Both the position numbers and the translations under genes were made by a program. A stretch of DNA of 45,122 bases, counting the filler, from Jimgerdemannia flammicorona (Eukaryota): the NCBI GenBank assembly GCA_003990765.1. It is 2 parts of 2 records of this genome, joined end to end, with 100 filler letters (N's around TTAATTAATTAA, not from the genome) between each part and the next. Parts side by side here need not be neighbours in the genome. Positions count along the whole stretch, not along the records: positions 1 to 22,512 come from RBNJ01001258.1; positions 22,613 to 45,122 come from RBNJ01001259.1. One strand, 5' to 3'. The notes beneath the pieces are model-generated. The model saw only the letters and a list, made by a program, of their open reading frames with translations, searched no databases and was not told the origin of the DNA. Below, piece by piece: positions 11,235 through 22,817 of the stretch; within the stretch, counting starts at the first letter, position 1; each line of letters starts with the position of its first letter.

Positions 11235-13923
11235 GCTCCAATTCAACCCACTCTACTCTATCTTATCTCAATATATTCTCTCCCCCCCCACTCTTACTTT
11301 CTCAAAAACAATTATATTATTAATTACTACAACTCACCTACTACTCTTCTTACATATCTCTTCTACTAGACACTAATAGTAATCTCTCTGAGAGCCCCAC
11401 CCCCTCTACCAGCTGAACAGAATATCTACCATCAGTTTCTCTCATCTTACTATCTTTTTCTCTAAGGCTATCTATCTTCTATTCTTAAACATATATAGCC
11501 AGTATACCAATATCACTCATACTATCAATATCTACTCAATAGTGAGCCACTTGTTACTAATATACCCTATCTCATTAGTATACTATCTTATCTCCAGATA
11601 GTTCTCAATCTCTCTCAGAAGTCACTAAGTACCTTATACTCATTCAGCCAATGTTCAGATATCTATATAATTCCCCCCTCTCACTCTATATTAAAACAAT
11701 TCTCATACTCATAACTTCTACCTACTATCAAGTATTCTGACTAAAAGTTCAACATAACATTTCTCCTCAAGATATACCATATATTACTCAGAACTTCAAA
11801 AGAAGTTACTACTATATTTCAGTACTCCAAAATCATACTTTAGCTTAGTCTCAAGTCTCATCAATATCTGCTATCTACCAGCCTACAGATTCTGACCCAC
11901 CTCCTGCTAATACTCTATACTTATACTAATATCAAAGTTTACTAGTAGCAAACTACTCAATAGAAGCCTATCCTACCTCTATATTGCAGAAATTTATTGG
12001 GCTTCTCTCTCATTATTACACTAACAAAAACCAATATAGTGAGCTCTCTCTATAACTCCTTATTAGAATTTCTGATACTGTAAGTATTTACTATCTTTTA
12101 GTCTAATTATAGATAGCAAATTACCAGAAGATCCTCTAAGAGAGAACCTCATCTCTCAGACTCTCTGTATTAAAGATACCTATTCTCCTCTCTATAGCTC
12201 AATAACTCTCTTTAACCACTAAGCTCTAAGACAGTACAATCTCTTCAGAAAGTCTATCAGACCTATACCTCCTCTATTCACTAGAGTTACCAAGATCTTC
12301 CAACTTATCTGGCTCCTCCTTTCAGCCTAAATCTAGTTCTTAGCCATCTTCAGTAATCTCTTCACCATTCATACTAGAAAGTCCAAGTAGTATACTAGAT
12401 ACTAGAGCTTTAGCAATTAGTAGATATTCATAATTAATATCTATCTAGTAAGAGAAATGTGACACCTCTCTCAACTCTAAAGAATATTCTTCCATTTTAC
12501 TATCTTTCTCTTCTACTAAGCTCTAGATAAGATAGATCTATATACTGACAGAAATATACTCAGATACTATATAACTTCTCCTATAGAGACAATAGTTCCA
12601 ACAATATTCCTACTTACCAAATCATTCTCCAGCACTATTATCTCATACTTATGCCAGTTCAGCTTTACCTTAGAGTACTTCTTACACCAGTCTACAGCAG
12701 TCCTCAATTTACCCATATCATCAATAAAGCTAAGTCTAATTACTATATCATCTACAAAGATCCTAACCTTCTACACCACCCTTAGTATTAGTAGTCCTGA
12801 TACCTTGCAATGAATTCTGTCTATTAATAGCTCTCATAATAAAGTATAAAGAATAAAAAACAGCAGGTTCTCTTAAGAAAGGAGTTTCTCTAATAAGAAA
12901 GTGGTACTATGATAACTATTATACAAAATCACTACTTGGCTGCTCTCTAATAGACTAATTATTAATAATCTGAACTGGTGAGGAATATCTATTCTAGTCA
13001 ATACTCTCTCTAGCCAGACTTACTAAACCTAATTATAAGTCTTCTTCTGGTTCAGGAAGATCAGCTATCCATTCAGCCCACTAGTTCTCACTCTCTCAAT
13101 TATATCATGAACTCAGCTCTAATCAGTCTACCCTCAACAAAACCTCACTGCTCAACTTCTAATATCTGCTGAGCCACTTTCTACAATCTTACAAAAACCA
13201 CCTTTATGACCAATTTCCTGTCTATATCCAGAAGTATAATTAGTCTCCAATTCTTCTAATTCTCTCTTCTGTCCTTATTCTTAAACAGTAGTACTACCAG
13301 ACAAGATCCTAACCCTCAATCTACTTCTCAGATATAAGGACAAAGTCACATAGTGCTGTCATCTCTCTCAATATCTCAGAGACTCTAACTATCTTCTTTC
13401 AGAAGTCCTAAGATAAGCCATCCTCTCTAGGAGTTATGCTCTACTTCATAGCCAATAAGATACTCAGAATTTCATCCTCCTGGACTAGATGAACTAAGTC
13501 TCTAAGACCATCTATCTGTGGAGAGTGCCAGTCTTCTAGAGAGCACTCAATCTCTTCTTTATCAGCACTCTCTTCTTTCTCACTCTACAGACCATCCTAT
13601 CTACCTCTCAGAAAACTTATGATTCTCTACATCTTATTTACCAGAGTATTCTTCTCATTAAGTACTACTACCTCATCCTTCTTGTCTAAAGAAGCCTAGA
13701 CAGATACTTAGAAGGCCTCTCACTCTTCTCAAGTCTCTGCTATCTGAGCTGAGCTACTATACTCTATATACAAGCCTCCTCCTCCTCCCTCAACACTTTT
13801 ATCAACTCCACTATCTCCTGTTGAGCTTGCTTCAGTCTTCAATCTTCCACATCCTTCTGCTCTAATATCTCCACTCACTCCAACTATAACCTTTTCATCC
13901 TGCAGAAGGTCCACCTCACTCAC

Positions 13924-14458
13924 TAGTGCTCCTAATGAGTCAATTTAATCTGGATTGGATTTGGATTGATTCAGATTGAATCCCATCTGGATAGATTTGA
14001 ATCAACCATTGTTTTGATTTCCAAATTAGACAATTAAATGTTTACATCAATAACTCGATGAATACTCATCCAAATTTGATGATCTTGGTGTTATTTGAAA
14101 GCCCTTAATAAGGCCTATCTAATGATACCAAGAACATTGAAATCGGATCATGCGTTGCTGAGTTATGAAGGAAAACGTCTGAATCGCCGATTTTGGAAAT
14201 TTCATCAAATAGAACATTTTCCTTAATATATCGACAACGCGTAATCCGATTTTAATGTTCTTGGTATCATTAGAAAGGTCTTATTAAGGGCTTTCAAATG
14301 ACACCAATATCATCAAATTTAGATGATTATTCATCGAGTTATTGATGTAAACATTTAATTGTCTAATTTGGAAATCAAAACAATGGTTGATTCGAATCCA
14401 TCTGGATGGGATTCAAATCCATCTGAATCTCATCCAGATTAACTCGTTCAGAGCACTA
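13924..14458. mobile_element. Complete hAT-type foldback MITE (family M1), 535 bp
   Basis: TAGTGCTC...GAGCACTA termini, exact 8-bp TSD TCACTCAC (13916-13923, 14459-14466), ~230-bp inverted arms around a ~70-bp spacer, no ORF. Confidence 0.92.
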
Positions 14459-14931
14459 TCACTCACTATCTCTGCTGAGCCCCAATAGATCTATGTATTA
14501 GTCTCACTCTAGTATATCTTGGCAGTCTCCTTTAACTTCACCCAATAGATCTCTACCAGAGATCTCTTATATTTTTAGTGACAATTTTCAATCCAATATT
14601 CTCCACTCAAGCACCCTATAATCTCTTTTTCTTCAATATAGAAAAATTGAGATACTAATATCTAGACCCATCTCTACTCTCCCCCAACTAACCATAACCT
14701 AATAGTTTCCAATGATCAGACCATAGATACTACTCTACCTCTAAAGTCTCTTAGATATTCAACTCTTAGTAATTAGCAGTCAATATCTAGTCAATTCTTG
14801 TCTCAAGTCTATCTACTCAGTGAGTATAGACCCTCTGGTCCCCCCACACTCTCCTGCTAGTATCTACTAAAGAACTTAGATACTCTACCTTCTCTCAGAT
14901 ATCCAGACTACTACTCTGATCCTCAGCATAT

Positions 14932-14934
<3 letters not shown>

Positions 14935-14986
<52 letters not shown>

Positions 14987-16155
14987 GGACTCAATGTCTT
15001 ACAATTTTTTATTAGAAGAGAACCTAGACTATATAGGCCAAAACCCTCCCTCACCACCCATCAAGCACTACCTCCCCATTAACCTAGGCTAGCTATTGTC
15101 TAGCAGCTCAACTATGCCAGATGCAGCAGAGCCTATGTTGACCCACACCTTATTCTATATACCATACTCTCCCTACTACCAGGGGGAACTCAGCCATATG
15201 CCAACAACTGAAAGTACATACCCGAGACCCCAACATATATATAAGACTATGCTTAAGCTGAATATAATAGCTCCTGCTACTCTAAAGAGAATAACAGATA
15301 AAGAAAAACTCTCATCAAAGTATATCATGGTGGATAGGGCCTGGTTCTCTCAGTTGAGGTGAGTAAAGAACTTACATGTGAGGTGGGAGGAGACCCCCAA
15401 TACCTTACTACTCAAGTCTATGGGCCTTGATCACATTATCATGTCAGCTCTCAGTTTCAGTTGAGTGCAGCCAAGATACTTGAAATAGATAGCCTCAGGC
15501 CCTCTAACCCCCCCCAATGACTAGGACTCAACCTGCCAAATCACCAAAGGAGCCAAGAGTGATATCTACCACCTAACTACTCTACACCAATCAAAAGACC
15601 CCACCAAAGCAGCACCTGCCCCAGCCCTGACAACTGCCCCCAGCCTGGCACCCTACTGGTTCACTGTTATTACCCTTTCTCCTATCTGTGATGGCCATCT
15701 CTCCTCTCATCCCAACAATACCTGAAAAGCAGTCACCTATACCAGAACTATACTCACCAGGAAGCTCACTAAAGCTAGAGGGCCCCACCACAGGCACTAA
15801 GGATCTGTAGGTAATCTACACTGAGCACTTGATGCCCAAGGTCAGCCAACTCTCTATGTAGCCTGAGATACACCAAGACAGTACCTTGTTGGTGATGACA
15901 AAAGGAAGAAGGCACTATACTAAAACAGATATACTCCAGATGTAGCTGAAGGCACCAGAAACTGCGAAAAAGTAGAGAAGACACCAATCTGACACTAATA
16001 AAGGGGTAACTCATCACTATTGCCTCCCTCCCACTGCCCTGCAACAGGTACAGCAAATTAACCTGAGGTAGAGGGGGTAATAATTGTGGAAAGTGGACTC
16101 AGAAGATTACCTATCAAACCATTGTAATTGGTAAGATAGCAGAGAAAGATAGATA
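14935..16155 (-). mobile_element. Retroposon X copy 2 (poly(A), TSD, no RT motifs)
   Basis: About 49-nt T run, AATAAA ~25 nt upstream on minus strand, 13-bp TSD CTCAGCATATCTC (14922) / CTTAGCATATCTC (16156); splits the LINE E endonuclease. Confidence 0.88.
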
Positions 16156-16632
16156 CTTAGCATATCTCTCTCCATTAGTTCTATCTAACAGCACATTCTA
16201 TATCATGTTAAAGTTTCCACCTAGTACATCTATACTAGTCTTAGCAAGTATATCACACTTATAAAGCCTCTCTATCTACTCCACTTAGTCTCTCCTAACT
16301 ACCAGGCAATAGTAGGAGCCAACAACTACTAGCTCTCACTCTGGTCTCCTTCACTTCTCCCAAACCAAGTGATCATCTCATCCTCTGATCTCATAAAGTT
16401 TCTCTTTGCTATTCTATATCAAAATTTCTATCTTATCTCTTCAAACTACTATACTGTCTCATTTCCTTGTCCACTCCTATCTATTTAAATCTTTCTTATA
16501 GTATATATTCTATAATAGAAAGAGATCTACCTCCAACCCCTTTAGCTAAATAAAAATATTTTAACATCTTATAGTACCCCTCAGATCATTCATATTTAGT
16601 GAGAAAATATTAGTTATACTATTTATAGAAAA

Positions 16633-18604
16633 TTATTATTATGTTGCAGTCTTATCTCCTTTATAATTCTACACTCATTTTCTTTTGAGCTAAGTTCAGA
16701 CCATATTCAGCAATCATCTCCTCTTTCTCAACCTTCTTAGCATCTATCTAGTCAGAATCTCAGCAATAATCTTATTATTCTTAGTCTCTATCTTCTCCTT
16801 ATACTTCTCACATATTATCTGTCAGAGCTACAATCTATAGCTCTATCTCTACCAAAAAGCAGTATATTCTCCAGCAGATATTACTAGTTCAGTCTCTCTC
16901 ATAGTATCTATCTTATATCTTTTATTCTCTAAAAATATCACCAAAACCTCTACCATTAGTTTCTCAACTACTCTATCACCCCTTAATATTTTCACCCAAT
17001 ATTTCTCACTAATAATATATAGGTCTACCTCTCCTAGCTCCTCTGCAGCCAACTTATTTATTATTGTACTTATTTACTACAGATTACTAATATTTTTCCA
17101 CTCAGTATTACAGGCCTCTTCTTCTTCAGTATAGTGATATGTATCTATCTCAGCACTAGCAGACTCATCTCACTCCTTCTCTGAAACATCTTGCTGCTTA
17201 TTCTCTACCACTCTGACTATTTATCCCTTCTTTACTACATTAGGCACCTTCTGTATATACCTCTCATCTCTACATCCTCCATAACTTTTCTATTCTGAGC
17301 ATTAGTTCTCATCTTATACTCTCTCTTCTCTTTCTAGACCTTGAGTACACTATTATTATAAAGCTGCTGACTCCTCACTTCTCAGCTCTCTACCACACTC
17401 TCTCTCTGCTCTCTATACTATCTTCAACTTAAATACTTATCTTCACTCTACTCAAGTCCTCTCTAGTTTCAGTTATAGGTCTCTCCTTTATATTTACCAA
17501 TAGGTCCCTCTGTCTCTTCCTCCCCTGGGTCTTCTCCTACATTATCTTATCTATATGAATCTACTTCTATTTACTACCTTCAAGTATATTGATATCTTAT
17601 AAGTCTGCCATACCACTACTCTATACTCTACTACCCTATTGAGCTCCTTTAGAGTCTTTAATAGATCCTCTTTCTCTTTCTCACTCCCTTTCACCCTTGT
17701 TACTATATATGTAAGTGAAGATACCCTACAATAGAACTAAAGATCAGTCTCTAGCATTTCTAATAGCCTCTCTCTCAGTAAGCCAGAGTTAGATATCTAC
17801 ATTTTCAGTTCTGAATGAGATCTCCTTCCAGATCTAAAATCCAATATCTACTATATTATTATACTTTAATATAGCCTCCTCTATTCTCTTCTTTATCTCA
17901 ATAGCTGTTACTATAGATATCTCTTTCACTAGAAGCTGAATTACTCTCAGGTCCTATCTTAGATATTGAATCATCAGTACCACTACTTTACCAATAGCCA
18001 ACCTAGTTCTCAGAGTCTTTTCTAATAGTTCCACTTTCTTAAACCCCATCTCAACCTCCTCTAATCTATATAGAAACTTCACTAAGACTGCTTTAGCTAT
18101 CTAGCTTACAATTAGTCTCAAAATTATCTTGGCTATCACTGCTAGCCCCCAGAAGCACAAAGTGATAGTAAATTTAGAGATCAATTTCTTAAGTAATAGA
18201 GCTACTACTAGCTCTATTAAGTATATCATCTACTAGGTCTCTCTTCCTGATATACCCTGTCTACTCAGCTCTGCTCTCAGTAGTCACATCTGGATTTTTT
18301 TTTCAGATTTCCCATTATACTACTATTAGCTGTTATACCTTCACCCCCAGTAACAGCTCCACCAGTCTCTATATCTGCTCTATCAGACAATAACTCTTTG
18401 GCTCTTATAGCACTTATCTTTTCTCTCTCTCCAGACTTGCTACCTTAAGTATCCTCAAACCAATTCTCTGTCTTTACCTTATTAGTAAAGCTCATCAGCC
18501 TCTGTCTACTGTCTCTCCTATTAGGCAGCTGACTTCCACCCAACTCTCCTTGTCTACTTACATTACTGAAAAGCCCATCTCTATACTGTAATCTCTTCTG
18601 ACAT
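16633..18604 (-). pseudogene. Probable ORF1 region of LINE E
   Basis: About 2 kb upstream of ORF2, ending in TAATAATAA (16641-16633) just before the ORF2 start (ATA at 16626); too degenerate for domain calls. Confidence 0.45.
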
Positions 18605-18761
18605 ATTGCTAGCTAAAGGTCCCAAAACTATCTAATCTAACATACTTATCAGAACTCTTATATAATATTATATTACTAGTATCTTTTCTTTAAAAACTAT
18701 ACAAAAAATAATAAAAGAGATTTGTATAATATAAATTATACTAGAGAAAGATTAATGGGAC

Positions 18762-19060
18762 AGAAGTTTTGCTATCTAGCTCTGATATAGTCTTATATAT
18801 ATATTGGAGTTTTGAGTATATACTTTCAGTTATTAGTATATAGTTATTTTCCCTTTAGTAGTAGAAAGAGCATAGTGTATAGAATGAGATACAGGCTATT
18901 AGCTCTGCTATATCTAGCATAGTAGAGCTGCTAGATAATAGTAAGTCTATATTAATAAGAGTATAATATTCAGAAGGGGTGGGAGAGAGTTTTGGTCTAT
19001 ATAGTCTAGATTTTCTTCTAATAAAAATCTATAGGATATAGAGTTTATTTAAAAAAAATA
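18762..19060 (+). mobile_element. Retroposon X copy 1, 3' end with poly(A)
   Basis: Colinear with the reverse complement of 14984-15270; CTTCTAATAAAAA then an A run at 19051-19058. Confidence 0.82.
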
Positions 19061-20139
19061 CAGTAAGATAGCTAAGAAATATCTGAACTATATTTACTAA
19101 ATTAAGCCAAAGAAGTGTAAGTTTAGTAAAATCAAGATCTCTTATCTTGAATATATTATAAATCAGAATGAAATCTACATAGACTCTATCAAAATTCAAG
19201 CAGTTGAAGCCTACCTAAGATCTATCACAGTTACTGAAGCTCAGGTCTTCATGAGACTCACCACCTATTATAGAAGATACATTAAAGGATTCTCTAATAT
19301 TTTAGGCCCTATTTATAAATTATTTAAGAAAAATACTAAGTTTCAATTGACTGGCAGGCAATAATAAGTACATATTTGAACATCTCAAGATCTGTTTAAC
19401 TTAGATATTTATCTTGAAGAGATCTAACTGATTTTAAGAGTTCATTCTATAGATAGATATAAGCTCAATTGGACTAGAAGCTATCCTTATATAAAAGAAG
19501 AATAAGATTGAATATATAATTATATATCTCAGTCAAAGAACTTATAAAGAAGAAAAAGAATATGAATCCTATAAGTTAAAGTGTCTTATAGTTATCTGAG
19601 TAATAGAAAAGTTCTACTACTACCTTATAGGAAGATACTTTACTATTCTGACTGACTATTCAGCTCTTATCTAACTATTGACTATAAGCTAACTTAAAGG
19701 AATATTTGTCAGATAGATTATAAAACTGCAAGCTATGATATATATAACTATTATACACTATCTAGAAAAAACCAATATCAATATAGATATACTCTTACAG
19801 ATATCCTAAAAGATCTATAACTAGCAAAATTAAAATGAATAAGAAACTCTACTATAGAATTATTATCTATTTAAGATAACAAAAGATGTTCCAACATTTG
19901 GAAGAATAGATATAAATAATTATCAAGAGAATCTGAAATCAATAGAGAAATACTAAAGAAAGAAAAACTACTAATTATACCAGAGTATAAGAAGGAATAA
20001 GTAATGAAATCAATATATAAACTCAGTTATCTAGGAGGAATAAATACTTATAACAAAGTAAGAAGAACAATATGGTAGCCTGAAATAGAGGAAGATATTA
20101 GATAATTTGTTAAGATCTGTGACAAATATTAGAAACAGA
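19061..20139 (+). mobile_element. Family A-related Gypsy pol fragment (RT end, RNase H, IN start)
   Basis: IKPKKCKF..YYRRYIKGFS, YESYKLKCL, EKFYYYL, EEDIR*FVKICDKY; colinear with A1 ~4055-5100 but more diverged. Confidence 0.82.
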
Positions 20140-22512
20140 GATGACCTGGTGATGCCTGTTCAGGAGGATGAGATCCACCAGATTCTTGCCACAACAACGC
20201 CAGATACGGCACCTGGGGAGGATGGTCTGCCCTGGGACTTTTGGAAGCGAATGGTCGGAGTCTCAGGGGTAATGGGGGAGATGATGGCATTGTGCGACCT
20301 GATTCTACAGACAGGGAGGTGGGTGGGGGAGCAGGATCTTGGGCTGGTGATGCTGCTGTATAAAAACAAAGGAAGGCAGGAGGATTGGAAGAACTGGTGG
20401 CCAATAATGTTGCTAGATATGGACAGAAAGTTGGTGACTAAGGTGGTGGTGGCAAGACTACAGAAGGTGGCCCAGCAAGTCATGGGTGTTGAGCAGAGGG
20501 GATTTGTGGGTGGTTAGCTCATCAGGGATGGCACTGCCTGGGTATATGACATTATCGAAGGGGCAAGGGCCTGTGGACTGGATGGGCATCTAGTCTTCTT
20601 GGACCAGGAGAAGGCGTACGACCAGGTGCGAAGAGTCTGGCTGGTGAAAGTTTTGGATAGAATGGGGGTTCTGTACCAATTCCAGTCGGCAATGGTCAGC
20701 CTACTGGAAGGGAGTAGGGCTGCACTCACATGTAATAGACATAGAGAGGTAGCATTCCCCTTGGGTAGGGGGGTGCCCCAGGGGGATCCACTGTCCCCCA
20801 TTTTGTATGCTCTCTCCCTGGAACTCCTTATGGATAGAATTCGGAGGAGAATAGTGGGGCTCTCTGTCTTTGGCATTGGATGGAAAGTTGGGGCCTTTGC
20901 AGATGACATGGTGGTGGGTTTGGGGTCGATTGCTGATGTGGAAAAGCTCAAGAAGACTGTTGAGTGGTATGAGGAGAACTCTGGAGCTAAGCTGAATTGG
21001 CATAAGTGTGAAACAATAGTACTAGGCAATGGCCTGGTGGGAGGGGAAGTAATAGGAACAATCATCCCCACCAGTGAAGCGGTGCGGTATTTAGATATAT
21101 ATTTGTCAGTCTATGGGTCAGTTCTGCCCAGACTTTGGTGGGAGCAGAGGATTGGAATCTGGGAGGAGGCCCTGCGGAGTTGGGGGGGAAGACAATTTTC
21201 TCTGGCAGGGCAGGTCTCGATTTTGAATGTCTACTGGCTGCCGAAGCTGTGGTATCTGGTATATCATCTGGACTTCCCAGCCTGGGTGGTGAAGAGATTG
21301 ATGAAGTCAGCGAAGAGATGGATTTGGGCTGGCAGGCGGAGTCAGATTGGTTGGGAGACCTTGTCCCTACCAGTGACATGAGGTGGTCTTGGGCTGGTTG
21401 ATTTTCCAAAACGGTTGCACTGCTTGAGAGCATAGTGGCTAAAGAGGGCAGTGGAATTGCAAGGAGGTGGTTGGGTTCCTCTGCTACAGAAGATCTGGGA
21501 GAGGCAGTCATTGCCAAGAGGCTCAACTGGTGATCTCCTCTTATTGGTTGGACTTCAGAATACTAAACAGCTGCAATATAAAGGATTTTGGTGGGGGATT
21601 GCAGAAGGGATGCACCACATTGGTATTTGTTGGCAGGGGAATGAAAGAGAAGAGGACTGGGACCTGGCTATGTGGAGATGAGATCATATACTGCTGGGTG
21701 GCACTCCTTTAATTGAGTTCGACATTGGGGATGGAATGGAATGCCAAAGGGGACTAGGCCAGGATCTGTGGCCTAGCGGGTGGCAAGGAGTTGGAATTGG
21801 CAAAGAGTAGAATTGGAATGGTGTTTGGACCTAGAGTGCTGCAGTGAGAAAGTGGATGCCACCAAAGTACTAGGTGGTCTGGTGGCACATGCTGTAGAGG
21901 AATGTTATGCTCAACTTTTGCTCAGGGCACCTTGTTGTAGGGGGTTGCTTCAACTATGAGGAGTGCCATAATGTAGGGCAGGAGGGGGGTTATGTACAGA
22001 TACCTGAACATTGGCTAGGAGAGTGTGAGGTGTTGGGGGATTTTTGGTGGACAATTGGGGAATGTTTGGGGGTACAGTGTAGGGGAGATGAAGTACGGGG
22101 GAGGTGGGAGGACTTGAGGGATAGATTGGTAGGAGGGATAGGGAAGGAGTGGCTTACTTTGGGTTGAGCTTTGGCTATTTGGGTGGGGCTGGCCAGTCAT
22201 TGGCTATTTGTTTTTGAGGATGAGAGGAGACAGGGCTTGGGAGACCAGTTGTTGTGGTGGCATAGGCTTATGGAAGACACCTTAATGGACTGGTGGCTGG
22301 GTTGGGGGCTGCAGGGTGGTCGGAGGCGCCACTTAGTGGAGAAAATTTGTGGGCAGAGTGGGGGGAGAGTTAGAGTAGTTGGTGAAAGGGTGATTTTTAT
22401 TTGTGAGGAGGTGGGGAGGGGCCCCCCTATGGGGATTAGGTAGTGGGGGGTGATGTTGTATACTTATTCATAGACTGGTAATAAAGGCAGAGTCCAAGTG
22501 ACTATAAAAAAA
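20140..22512 (+). mobile_element. 5'-truncated L1/Tx1-like LINE (LINE D), relatively young
   Basis: APGEDG, NWWPIMLLDMDRK, QRGFVGG, LDQEKAYD, GVPQGDPLSP, AFADD, YLDI, Cys/His-rich C-terminus; AATAAA at 22480 and poly(A) running into the gap; retains many CpG. Confidence 0.92.
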
Positions 22513-22612
22513 NNNNNNNNNNNNNNNNNNNNNNNNNNNNNNNNNNNNNNNNNNNNTTAATTAATTAANNNNNNNNNNNNNNNNNNNNNNNNNNNNNNNN
22601 NNNNNNNNNNNN
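22513..22612. other. Artificial contig-joining spacer
   Basis: 44 N + TTAATTAATTAA (stops in all six frames) + 44 N = exactly 100 nt. Confidence 0.95.
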
Positions 22613-22817
22613 AAATCAATCTTCCTAGTTGAGCCCTCAAATATAATATACTAGCTCAATAGAGGCAAATTACAAAATTGGAACTACTATAAAAATTAAT
22701 ATTTAGTAGTATAATAGACAAATCTAGATATTAAATAATTGTTAGTTTTTTTATTAAGATGAGTTCTTAGGTATAGATGGTGATTTTATATATAATAGTA
22801 TATTAATTTATATATAG

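Larger units (their letters stand above)
10842..18761 (-). mobile_element. Full-length degenerate L1/Tx1-like LINE (LINE E)
   Basis: Decayed poly(A) at 10842-10866 with AATAAA upstream; RT colinear with LINE D (TPREDGL ~13420, FIDDM ~12720); APE motifs SLNMNDL (~16590), LGGNFN (~16215), RID, WSDH (~14715); degenerate 12-bp TSD GAAGGCTTTGCT (10830) / AGAAGTTTTGCT (18762); host X resumes after it. Confidence 0.82.

Noticed and set aside
14935..14983. Poly(T) runs as terminators or a shared LINE target motif
   Set aside because: TSDs show they are retroposon tails; the three flanks share only a terminal C.
15096..16056. Tyrosine recombinase or RT fragment in X (VRYLGV motif)
   Set aside because: No other RT motifs or R-H-R-Y pattern in any frame; a single short match is not enough.
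22557..22568. TTAATTAATTAA between N runs as a biological palindrome or piggyBac site
   Set aside because: Symmetric 44-N flanks totalling 100 nt and six-frame stops mark a concatenation linker.
22613..22817. AT-rich flank after the gap
   Set aside because: No homology within the window and no recognisable motif.
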